DNA of 64,000 nt from a virus: the IMG/VR virus record IMGVR_UViG_3300036985_001643, positions 15,280 to 79,279 of that record. One strand, given 5' to 3'. This document shows, one piece after another, positions 20,901 through 31,200 of the stretch (position 1 is its first letter; every line of letters starts with the position of its first letter). The notes beneath the pieces are model-generated. The model saw nothing but the letters and a program-made list of their open reading frames with translations. It did not search any database and was not told the origin of the DNA. The translations under genes and the position numbers were made by a program.

Positions 20901-22399
20901 TTGGAGGAATAGTACCTATGGCTATGGGTGGTTCTTTACAACATAGTTATGGTTTAGGAGGTTTTGGTGAGGTAATGCGTAACTACGGTTTAGGTATGGC
21001 TGATACAGCTTTAAGTACTTTAGGTGCTAAAAACGTAGTACAAGACTCTGCTTATAAAGGACAAGGTTCAGAGTTTATGAGAAAAGCTTCTGGTATCGCA
21101 GGAGGAATAGGTGGTGCTTTATTACCTATGGCTGCTAATATAGTAGCTCCAGGTATGGGAGGTATGATTGCAGGGGCTGCACAACAAGGTATAGGTATGT
21201 TAGATCCTGAAGATGAACGTACTAAACAATTAAGAATGGGTGACAATAATCAAAATGGTGTTAATCAACAACAAGGTTTACCTATTGGTACTAATTATAA
21301 AACAGGTGGTCACATGTATGCTGTAGGAGGTTATCCACAGTTAACACCTGGTACAATATCGTATATTAAGCAAGATCCTATAGGAAAACTTCCTTTAAGA
21401 AGTTATGCTCCTTTAACACTTAATGCAGAGTCTTCAAAAACTCCTCAAAATCCTTGGAGTTTTCAAGCACCTGATGTAGTAGATGACGGCTTAGGTTTAG
21501 AATATTTTCAAGGAGATTCTCCTGAAGCAATTGCTGAATACGAAAAATTCGGTATGGTTAAAAACGAAAACGGAGATTGGGTAGATAGAAACCCTACACC
21601 TGAAGAAAGACCTTTTACAAACGAAACTGATGAAGAATATCCTATTAGTGAATTAGAATACGAAGAAGAAGAAATTCCTACAGGAGAATTTGTAGACGAA
21701 GCAGGTAATCCTATTACAGAAGCTGAGTACAAATCTAAATTAGCTAAACACGATGAGTCTTTAAAAGACAAAAACTTAAATTTAAACATGGATCCTAAGT
21801 GGTATCAAACTGTAGGACAAGCTTTACCTGCAGCTTACAATATAGGAACAGGTTTGTTTGAAAAAGCTCAACAGTTAAATGCTAATGATTACTATACTAA
21901 AGCTAACATTAAACCTTGGGAGTATAACGCAGATCCTGAATTAGCTGCAGTAAGAGAAGCTTATGCAGGTGCTTCTGCAGGATTAAAGAACACAATGCCA
22001 GGAGCGGGTGCTTATTTAACTAACAGAGCTAATCTTGCTAATCAAGAAGCTATGAGTAAGAAACAAGTATTAGCTAACAAACAAAACATTGATGCTCAAA
22101 ACTATATGCAGGCTCAATTAGCTAACAAGCAAATAGAAGGTCAAAACGCAGGTACTAAATTAAACGTTGTAAATTGGAACGCTCAAGCTAAAGCAGCTAA
22201 ACGTAAAAACTTACAGACAGGTTTAAGTCAATTAGGTGACGTTGCTCAAAACGATCAAGCGTTAGCTATGCAAAAAGCTTATTTACAAACAGTAAGTCCA
22301 GATTTTGCTAATTCGCTAAGTGTTGATAACTTTGCTAAACTTTATTTCGCAAATCAAAAAGCAAAAAAAGCTAATACAAATACAGAAGAAGGACAATAA
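17975..22399 (+). CDS. Virion cargo/ejection protein 1 (crAss-like), modular with [FYM]xxGG repeats
   Basis: GGTHEENPLGG...EQGET...YIFSDTL core, Gly/Ala-rich hydrophobic segment, C-terminal A/Q/N-rich helices; first gene after the muzzle. Confidence 0.65.
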   Translation: MAKQNIPPRKPLAISNPKEFAYRDQMYSDSLSLYNTNKADLLFGNLKKTDKNTYNKYEKERELVNNANPRWNSKGKFPVTTKEGLIKTSTWLDKNGNPEWGKYKTFNPVTGTTKEYTIGNKLYEVSNDHIKPIKTDYFTGTTQFGRIQEKKNYYKKPVQPVTFVPETPKAVNSSKPPINQYKKSISSEPVKKQMTVPVQNSVQKTMRVPVQGVEEYWVKDPVLGNVKRQKPVTTYREVPWTDEAPSSQNYNINTGTLQDNKNKAKTYDVPDSVKGITFAGGGSLGDGTSSSKLVIRQSKNPSKLEFSPYTVSQENPYGSGAMSTIKYTSPALKPIKGGLAGNKPYLTGRLGLGLNDSSKDIQLGITSVGPKTPGKVATDSYANLGYNTENGLNANAGWNTRLNFGNAANLRKPGDVNAYMGVSPQISVGKKLDASVPLTAGLEYKPSKLPLSLYANASYAPQIAQRISDKFNPNEKFNVSAGLKLNIPSAKIKKSPKPKTTPSPIPEANWVKELGGQLFADGGPLNDINNGQYLNSVYASALGNYYPDGGPINTDGPRATEPGYLTDSQMKAKMAYEQAIGNPAASRMLSLNPKTGMTPEGMGTHYMSSFDNYAVPTLQDRGGSELEYNENPSPSREDFRFQTPEEANYFATHYKTVAPMMTGQYKNGGQFPTPYSLPEDNFKQGGNNLHNSVYASSPAQYPAPYGLGGYIGESTRQQMYMPLDHVTKNGGSILSMSNTPQLEGEGKDLSEPKNSYIYNQGGLINNNMKNSFNNQGFMSLPKEVQDKIRANSFANGGPLTEFNEGGTHEENPLGGIPQGVAPDGGTNLVEQGETKLNSANYIFSDTLKVDKETAASLGINNAVGKTFAELSKKMNRPNSRRENDTIEENAKKRDLDSLMQAQEEFKQKEALKKLEEIQSLDPNLLGSLMGQGQGQPVEPQQDPNLMQQPMGSEQPGGQPPVDPAMQQMMAQQGGSLGGIVPMAMGGSLQHSYGLGGFGEVMRNYGLGMADTALSTLGAKNVVQDSAYKGQGSEFMRKASGIAGGIGGALLPMAANIVAPGMGGMIAGAAQQGIGMLDPEDERTKQLRMGDNNQNGVNQQQGLPIGTNYKTGGHMYAVGGYPQLTPGTISYIKQDPIGKLPLRSYAPLTLNAESSKTPQNPWSFQAPDVVDDGLGLEYFQGDSPEAIAEYEKFGMVKNENGDWVDRNPTPEERPFTNETDEEYPISELEYEEEEIPTGEFVDEAGNPITEAEYKSKLAKHDESLKDKNLNLNMDPKWYQTVGQALPAAYNIGTGLFEKAQQLNANDYYTKANIKPWEYNADPELAAVREAYAGASAGLKNTMPGAGAYLTNRANLANQEAMSKKQVLANKQNIDAQNYMQAQLANKQIEGQNAGTKLNVVNWNAQAKAAKRKNLQTGLSQLGDVAQNDQALAMQKAYLQTVSPDFANSLSVDNFAKLYFANQKAKKANTNTEEGQ

Positions 22400-22414
22400 T
22401 TAATAATAAATATT

Positions 22415-25207
22415 ATGGCATTTACTCCCTATAGTACTCCAATACAATACGAATACAAACCGTTAAACTTAATGGGTTTCGCAGCTCCTTTAAGCGAAAT
22501 GCAAAAGGAATTTGATACTACTACTTCTGCAATTGACGAAGCAGATGTAGACTTGTCACATTTAGATTTAGGAAAGGATCCTGAAAAAGCTAAAGCTTTA
22601 AAAGAATTATATCGAAGTAAAACAGAAGAATTAGCTAAAAACTTATATACTTCTAAAAACTATAGACAAGCTGCGTCTAAGTTAAAAGAATTAAATCGTT
22701 TATTTCAAACAGATCCTGAAAAGTTAGCATTAGAAGCTAATTACAAAGCTAGACAAGAATATCATAAAGCTCAAAAAGAACGTATTGATAAACCAGGTGG
22801 TATTACTAGAGATCAATACTATGAAGATATTGCTCGTAAAGATAGGGAGTATGTCAGTAAAGAAGGAACAAATTGGAAAAACGATCCTAATTTAGAAACA
22901 GGAGATTATAATCTTTATGGTACTAAAGCTAGACTTGAAGACTTAGAAAAAGAATTTCAAGAAATTTCTTTTAAAGTAGCAAGTGCTGTATCTGGAGATA
23001 AACGTACAGGAGCTTTAAAAGAAATGGGAATAGATCCTGAGTTAATGGATAAACAGTATTCTCAAACAATCATTGATGAACGAGATCCTAAAAAAGTACA
23101 AGTTGCTGTAGAGAATTATTTAAAGACTTTACCAAGATTTAAAAATTGGGCATTGGAAGTTGCTGATTATAAATATGATGCTTTAGCACAAAACCCTGAA
23201 GCATTAAAAGAAAAAAATGATGCATTAGCTACTAGTGCTTTAAAAAGTATTGATGCTCAATTAGCTAGTTTAGAAAAATCTGCTAAAAAAGATAAAGCCG
23301 TTTTAAACAGTGATGAATATAAAGAATTAGTAGAGTTTAAGCAAGAGTTAGAGCAAGGTAAAACTACAGGAGAATATGATAATGATTTAATGTCTTCTTT
23401 GTATAAACAAGAACACTTAGGTAATGTTTACGACATGAAAGCATTAGGAGAAGTGTTTAAGTATAAAAACGTTGATGTTAACTACAGTTGGAGAGCTATA
23501 CCAAAAGAAGACACAGGAGATGGTGGTGACGGAAGTGATAATTCTTTTAGTTCAGAAACAGGATACTTTATTCCTAATTCTGAAGAAAAATGGTCAATTG
23601 ATGCTTTAGCTACTAATAAAAACAATAGTGCTAAAGCTCTATGGGGTGTTGTAGGAAAAGTAAACGATTTAGTAAGCGGTAATGTTAGAGCAGTAGTAAT
23701 GGGAGGTGATAAAAATTCTGCTTCTTATAAAAAGTTATTACAAGATCCTTCTGCTATTAGAGCAAGACAAGCACAATTACTTGGAGCTATTTCTGAAACT
23801 TTAGAAGGTGGAGGAGATTGGAAAGCCTTTAAAAATAAGGCTGCACAAAAAGGTCTTAAAATGGAAGACGGTAGAGCATATACTATTTGGAAAAGTTTAA
23901 CTAAAAACGGTAATCAAGGTATTGCTGATTTTAAAGCTTCTATAGATGCTACTGAAGAAGACGCTAATCAATATATTAATTCTCAAAAGTTATTAAACAC
24001 TATTCAAAAGAATGTAACTGAAACACAAGAATTTAAAAGTTTTGCTAATACATTAGGTTCATATGTACCTGGTGATACTGAATTAGGTTACAATTCAGGT
24101 ATAGGTCAAGATTACGTACCAAGTAGAGCTGATGAAGAACGTGATAAAAAAGCACAAAAATTATTTAACCCTGATTCATATAGTAAAGAAGCTTTAAATA
24201 AAATAGGTTTTATATCAGGATCATCATTTTCAAAAGCATTAGGAACTGTTTTCAAAGGATTTACTAAATACTTAAGTATGGATCAAGTGGCTCAATTACA
24301 TGGTTATAAAAATGCTTTAGACGCTGCAAATAAAGGATACGACTTTGCAGGGTTTAAACCTGTTATTAATGCAAAAGGAGAACTAGGAAGTACTAATATT
24401 ATTTGGGGTGATGCTAAATATACAGGAAAAACAGCTCCTCAAATATTTCAAGAAAAACAAAACGAAGTTTATAGTAAAGGATTAGTAGCTAATGAGATGT
24501 CTTATCGTTTTATTAATGATAAAAATTTAGATAAACAAATGTCTAAATTCTTTTTAAGTGCTGGAGACTTAGCTAGTTATGTACCTGCTTATAGTAAAAA
24601 TTGGAAAAATGTACCAGGTTTTACAGAGGAAGGTGGTTTAGCTGCAGGTACTAAATTAAACATTAACGAAAATAGAGCTCCTAAAATAGTAATGCACGGT
24701 AATCAAATGTTATACGAAATTCCTATTTCATACGAAAAAGATGGAGTATCTACTGAGACTACTGTTACTGTTAAACCTAAAAAAGGAATGAATGTCAGAC
24801 ACGATAAATTATTAAAAGATTTAGATTGGGCGTCAGGTGGAGGAACAGCTACAGAAGCTGCTGATAGTGAAACTAATACAATGATAAAAGCTATGAGATT
24901 TGATAACAAATTTCAAAACAATAATTTATCACCTCAATTAATACAGTCTATTGATGTAGCTAAAGGACAATCTCCTGTAGAGTTATTCTCTGCTCCTTTT
25001 AGTAATACTACAAAATTAGTAGTATACAAAGCGAATACTAATGGTACAGATCCTTCTTTAAACATAGCTCAAGTAGATAAAAATTCAGGAAAAGTATTAG
25101 GTTATCTTAATAACCCTAAAACGGGAAAACCTTTCTACACACACGCTGATGATCCAGAAGCTTACGTTGAAGTAAAAAATCTTATAATGCAAGCTTTAGG
25201 AGATTAA
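22415..25207 (+). CDS. Virion cargo/ejection protein 2
   Basis: 930 aa, helical N-terminus (Y.Y.PL..), no Cys seen; synteny within the cargo locus. Confidence 0.55.
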   Translation: MAFTPYSTPIQYEYKPLNLMGFAAPLSEMQKEFDTTTSAIDEADVDLSHLDLGKDPEKAKALKELYRSKTEELAKNLYTSKNYRQAASKLKELNRLFQTDPEKLALEANYKARQEYHKAQKERIDKPGGITRDQYYEDIARKDREYVSKEGTNWKNDPNLETGDYNLYGTKARLEDLEKEFQEISFKVASAVSGDKRTGALKEMGIDPELMDKQYSQTIIDERDPKKVQVAVENYLKTLPRFKNWALEVADYKYDALAQNPEALKEKNDALATSALKSIDAQLASLEKSAKKDKAVLNSDEYKELVEFKQELEQGKTTGEYDNDLMSSLYKQEHLGNVYDMKALGEVFKYKNVDVNYSWRAIPKEDTGDGGDGSDNSFSSETGYFIPNSEEKWSIDALATNKNNSAKALWGVVGKVNDLVSGNVRAVVMGGDKNSASYKKLLQDPSAIRARQAQLLGAISETLEGGGDWKAFKNKAAQKGLKMEDGRAYTIWKSLTKNGNQGIADFKASIDATEEDANQYINSQKLLNTIQKNVTETQEFKSFANTLGSYVPGDTELGYNSGIGQDYVPSRADEERDKKAQKLFNPDSYSKEALNKIGFISGSSFSKALGTVFKGFTKYLSMDQVAQLHGYKNALDAANKGYDFAGFKPVINAKGELGSTNIIWGDAKYTGKTAPQIFQEKQNEVYSKGLVANEMSYRFINDKNLDKQMSKFFLSAGDLASYVPAYSKNWKNVPGFTEEGGLAAGTKLNINENRAPKIVMHGNQMLYEIPISYEKDGVSTETTVTVKPKKGMNVRHDKLLKDLDWASGGGTATEAADSETNTMIKAMRFDNKFQNNNLSPQLIQSIDVAKGQSPVELFSAPFSNTTKLVVYKANTNGTDPSLNIAQVDKNSGKVLGYLNNPKTGKPFYTHADDPEAYVEVKNLIMQALGD

Positions 25208-25217
25208 ACTAAATTTA

Positions 25218-25229
25218 GTATATTTGTTA
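25218..25229 (+). promoter_or_regulatory. Bacteroidota-type -7 promoter box upstream of the giant RNAP gene
   Basis: GTATATTTGTTA, identical to 11337..11348. Confidence 0.5.
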
Positions 25230-25245
25230 GATAATATTATACCTC

Positions 25246-28200
25246 ATGGCAAAGAAAAAAATTGTTCCCCCACCACCAAGTCCTGTTAGGTTACAGGCTT
25301 TATCTTTAGATACTAAATCAGATAAAACTTTAGGATATAATTCAGATATTATTGACGAAGTAGGTGCAGGAGAAGAGGCAGACAGTGGTGTTATGCAAAA
25401 ACACTACGCTCAAAAAGATGCTAATTTTTTTGATCCTTATGAGGATTATGTAGATAGAAAAACTTTACATGGTGGGCAATTTGATATAGAAGAATTAAAT
25501 ACTATTAGAGCAACTAATCAATCTAATTGGGAACAAGCAGGTCATGCTGTTGCTAGAGTTGCTACTAACATTGTACCTCAAATTATATCAGGGTTTGCTT
25601 CTATGGTAGATTTACCAGGTTATATAGACGCTGAACATGCTGCTAGTAATAAGATTGTCAATTGGGCAATGGATTTAAAAAAGGAAGTTGATGAAGATTG
25701 GTTTCCTATTTACGAAGAAAAACCTGGACAATCTATGAGTCTTTCCGATCCTGCTTGGTGGATGTCAAGAGGTTCAGGATTAGTAGAATCGGTAGGTTCT
25801 TTTCTTGCTCAAGGTTTTGGAGTAGGTAAAGTAGTTTCTTTAGGAGCAAAAGGAATAGGTAGTGTTTTACAAGGTAAGAAGTTATTCGCAGCTTTAGAGG
25901 CTATACCTGGAGTTACAAGTGGAGCAAACGTAGCTAAAAGAATAGGAGGAGCTACTCAAAGTTTAACTACAGCTGCAATGTTAAATCAATCTGAAGCTGT
26001 AATAGAAGCTACTCAAGTATTTAATGATACTTATAAAGCTAGACTAGACGAAGGTTGGGATTATGCTAAAGCTAAAAAAGCGGCTGCTGAAGCTGCTTCT
26101 ACTACTATGAATCTTAACAGGATTAATATCTTGTTAAACTTAAGTTCTGCTACAGCGTTCTTAAAAGGACAAAAGTATACTAGACAATTATTAAAAAACC
26201 CTACGTTAGGACATACTTCAAAAGAATTAGTAAAAGAAGGTTCTCAAGAAGCAGTTGAAGAGTTAATCAATCATGTTGCTTCTAAAGCAGGTATGGCTAA
26301 AGGAGCTGAGAAAAATTATACTTTTGAAAATGCTTTAAACGATATCCATTCTATGGAAGGTTTAGAAGCTGCATTTTTAGGAGCTATTGGAGGTATTGCT
26401 CAAACAGGTGGTACTAAAGCTTTAGAATACAGTAAGTATGGACCAGGAAGTACTACAGACGAATCAGGTGTTAAGATAAGTAAAGTACAAGATGCTCGTA
26501 ATAGATACCAACAACAACAAGAAGTTATTAACGAATTAAAGGATAAAGGTGTTAAAATCACAGATGCTTTAAATAGTGTTAAAGAACAACTTGTATTTGA
26601 AGAAAAATTAAATGCTGCTTACGCAAGTGGTAACGTAGAAGAGGTTAAAACTTTACACGCTCAAATGTTTGAGAATGTAGCAGCTAAACATTTTTCTGCA
26701 GGTACTACTGAAGTATTAGAAAACTTATTAAAAGCAGAGTCTCAAAAAGATCCTGAAGAAGTAGGACAAGACTATATTGATAGAGCTAAACAAGCTGTTA
26801 AAGATTTAAGAACCTTAGAAAACATCTATAACAATGCTGAAGAATACGCTAATGTAGATGAAGTATATAGAAATAGAGCTAGTAAATTAAGAGCAGAAAA
26901 AGTTGTTCCTGAGGCTACTACGTTACAAAAAGAATCTGAGTTCCAACTTAATCAAGAAGTTGACGCTATTGCTAAAAAACACATGTTTGATAGAGAGCGT
27001 CAAGTATTAATTAAGAAAAACGGAGTAGTAGTAGACACAGAAACTAAAACAGAGAAAGCTCCTATTACATATTCTCTTTCTGACTTAGAAAACAATACTG
27101 GAGACACTGATGCTAACAAGGCTGTATATGAGAAATTCTTAGCAGAAGTAAAAGCATTACCTTCTTATGAAAGTACTAATTTTTATACTGAACAATTAGA
27201 TGCTTTACAAAAGCAAATAAGAGATTTAGATAAAGATTATAAAAATATTACTTCAGATGCTTATCAAAAAACAGCTAAAGCTAAAGCAGCTGAAAAAACT
27301 AAAGTAGAACAACTTACTAAAGATTTACCTAAAGTATCTACTATCTCTGAAGTAGAAAAAATGAAAGAATCTACTACAGATAAAGACTTTCACAAAGCTG
27401 CTGATGCTAAAATCGAAGAGATCAAAAAGAGTAACGATGCTCAAGCTAAACAGAAGAAGACTCAAGCTACAGTTGCAGAGCTTAACACTAGAATAGAAAA
27501 AGCTACTGAAGAAGAATTAGAAGGGTTATTAGAAGAAATTAATAATGCAGAATTAAGTCAAACACATAAGACTAATCTACGTAACGCTTACGATAGAAGA
27601 GCAAGTATACTTAACGGTACACCTGTAGCTGTATCTCCTGAAGAAGAAAACCCTTTAGGTGCTTTTGGTTTTACTAATAATAACCCTAACGATACAGCAG
27701 AGGAAATAAAAAGAGAAGAGGAATCTCGTGCTACTAATCTTCCTAAGGATTTACCTAATCCTAAAACAGAGACTAAAGATGTAGAACAACAAGTTGCTGA
27801 TACAGCAACTAAGTTATTAGAAACAGATACTACTAGAGTTACAGGACAAGATACTCAAGGTAACTTAACTTATGCTTACGGTAAGTCTACAGAAGGTCAC
27901 AACTCTGGAGCAGTATTAAGTAGAGAGTTTACACAAACAGAAAATGGAGGAATAGTAACAAGAGAGGAATCTACAGATGATATAGAAAATCTACAAGTGT
28001 TAGATCCTGAAGTATTACAATCAGGTACTCCGTTAATAATGGAAGTAGATACTGATTACATAGGTCCTAAGTATGATCCTTCTTCTAGTACTAGAGAAAC
28101 TACTTCTTGGGTAGATAGATTAGCAGTGTTAAAAGCTAAAGCTGAACAACAAGGTATTCCTTTAACACAGTTAAAGGAGTATATTGCTGAAGTACCTATT

Positions 28201-31200
28201 AAGGTAACTATGGAAGACGGTACTACTGTATTCTACGTACACGATAATGCTTGGTTTAGAGAAGAAAACCTTGACAATACACCTGATGCTATTGCTCAAG
28301 ATAAAGCTAACAACTTTAAAATCAGAGAACAAATAATCAAAAAAGGTAAAGTTACTACTAAAGTATCTTATAAAAGTTTTGGTCATTTATTCAGAGCTTA
28401 CGATGGCTCTAAGATTACTACTTCTGAAGCAATGCCAGATAGTGACTTAGCGTTATCTGTTTGTAAGAATGAATCTTTAGATTTTACAAAAGGTAAACTA
28501 TTACCAACTACTTTACAAGAAGGTAGAACTTATGCAATAGTACCTGTAGGACCAGATACTTACTTACCTGTTCCTTTAGAAAGAGCTCCTATTACTCAAG
28601 AGATAGTTGATTCTATTATGATTGCTGTAGAGGCTCACCTTTCAGGTGACACTGAGAATCCTGTTGTACAGGCTATCGGTAACTCTAACTTAGGCTTAGA
28701 CATTACTACTACTGAAGGTTTAAATAAATATGTTCAACAATTTATCTACTTGTATCCTACAGAGAAACAAGAAGGTATTGAGAATCTTTTAATTAACCAA
28801 GGTGGTTCTAAAAGTACTTTGTCTTCTAGTAGACCTATTATTGCAATAACAGCAACAGGTATCGAGTTTGGTAAACCTGGTGTACAAATGGGTTCTTTTA
28901 CTAATCAAGATGGTGTTAAAGTACAATCTTTTGCTGTAGTTCTTTCTAAGAACTTTAAGAAAGATGCTAAGACTACAAAAGGTTTAGCAGCGTTAAGAGC
29001 TATCTTAGAAAGTGGTAATATACTTTCTCATACTCGTTTAGAAAACTTACAAAAGAATCTTGACAGTGTTATCTTATTAGATAACCAAGGAGCTACTAGA
29101 ACTATTAAGTACTCTCAACAAGTAAAAGATTCTACAGTTACTAATCTACGTTCTATTAATATAGGTACAGAGGAAGCACCTAAGTATGTGTATACTATAC
29201 AACCTACTATTAAGTTTGATGTAGCGTTTGCTAAATTAGATAAAGTTAAAAAAGCTAGTTCTACTACTAAGAAAAAAGTTACTGTTCCTAAAGTTACTGT
29301 AACTCCTGTTGCTACTAAAACTACTATTCCTGTTACTACTACAGTTGCTGTATTACAACCAAATGATCTTCAACTTAATGTATCTGCTACTACTAAAAAA
29401 GCAGGTATGGATTCTATTACAAAGCAAGATTCTAGCATAGAGTCATTTGATGAAAATAAGTTTATCAGAGTAACAAAAGCTAATGCAGATGATGTTAATG
29501 GTAAATATTATGCTATTGATAATGGAGTACTAAGAATAAGAATTAATGGAAAAGATGCTGTTTCAGGCAGAACAGGAGGAGCAACCCAAATAAGTGTTAA
29601 AGTCCCAGTAGGATTTAATGAAAAAGTCTTTGCGGAAAAACTTAAAAACATAAGTCATAAAGACGGTGTTACTACTGATAAAGCTGTACAACAAGTTGTT
29701 AATGATGTTAGAAAAGCAATCATAGAAGCACAATCAACTTCCGCAACTACTTCTACTATAGAAGCTAAGAAAGCTGATATAGAAAGAAGAAGACAGACAG
29801 GAACTAATGTTAGAGGTACAACTTATAAAGGAGAAACTACTGAAAAAGATGAATTAAAAGTTACTAAGTATTCTGAGTTTTTTCCTGATGGAAAAAGGAT
29901 CTCTAAAGGAGGTAGAATAATGTTACCTGCTGAATTTATAGAAGAGTACAATATAACTGATCAAGATTATTTAGATAGTCTTGAAGGAGCTACAGAAATA
30001 AGAATATATGAAGTAAGAGTAGGAAAAGATGGTAGATCAGGTATAAGCATACAAGGAACTTTTCCAGAAGGAAACATAGAAACGGATGTTGCTGGTACAG
30101 AACTAACTGCTTTAAGTGAAACTCGAGATGACATAGAAGCTCAAAAAGCTGATGTAGAAAGAAGAACTACAAAAGTAATATCTTCAGAAATTGTAGAAAA
30201 AGGGAACAGAAAAGGTCAAACAAGAACAGTAACTCAAACTAATTCTATAAAAGATGTAGAAGGTACAATAGTAAGTGTAACAGAATATGAAGCAAAAGTT
30301 GGAGATACTACTATCACACTGGGAGGTAAATCAATGACTGTTAAAGAGTTCAAAGAAGAATTTCCATTAGATGAGGATTATGAAGAAATATTTGCAAGTT
30401 GGCCAGATTTAAATGATGATACAATAATTACAGTAAGAAAAGTAAAAAGAACGCCTACTAACTCAAGGTATAAAACTGTTGTGAATATTTTCAACCCTGT
30501 GTTAGGGGGTGAGATGGATATAACTATTAAAAAAGATGATACTAAATATGATGCAGAACTAGCTGCTTTAAAGCAACCTGTTGCTGGTAAACAAGTTCAG
30601 ATAGATGATATAGAAAGAAGACAAAGAGTGGCTGATATAATTACATCTCAGTTTGAATTAGGTGTTGAACTTCCAAAAATTTTAGAAACATTAGCTGAAC
30701 AAGGTTATGTAGAAAAGATTAATAATAGTGCATTTTTTAAACAAAGTGTTGGTAGAGATGCTATAGTTTTTAATATTGATGGTGCAATAGTACCTATATA
30801 TAGAAGCTCAGAAGGAACAAGTAGTAAAACAAAAGGTAAGTGGTATCCTTTTTTCTTTAATGCAGGAGACTGGTTAGTTAAAGGAATGGCTGATAGTTAT
30901 AAAGATGGTTACAATAATCCTATTATTAAACAAATATTAAATAGTTTAAATACTAATTATACCTATGACAAACCAATTGCAAAAGTAAATGGTAACAATA
31001 AAGAGGTATTAGTATTATTAGGTCTTGAAGGATTTGATGAAGAAAATAATGGTATCTATGATTACCAAAATTATCTTGCAGCATCTATAGTATTAAAAGA
31101 TTGGCAAAGTAAATTAGGTAATATTGATGTGTCAGGTTATCAAGAGTATCTTGATGGTGCATTATCTGGGTTAATAAAAGCTAATCCAACTTTAAAATCA

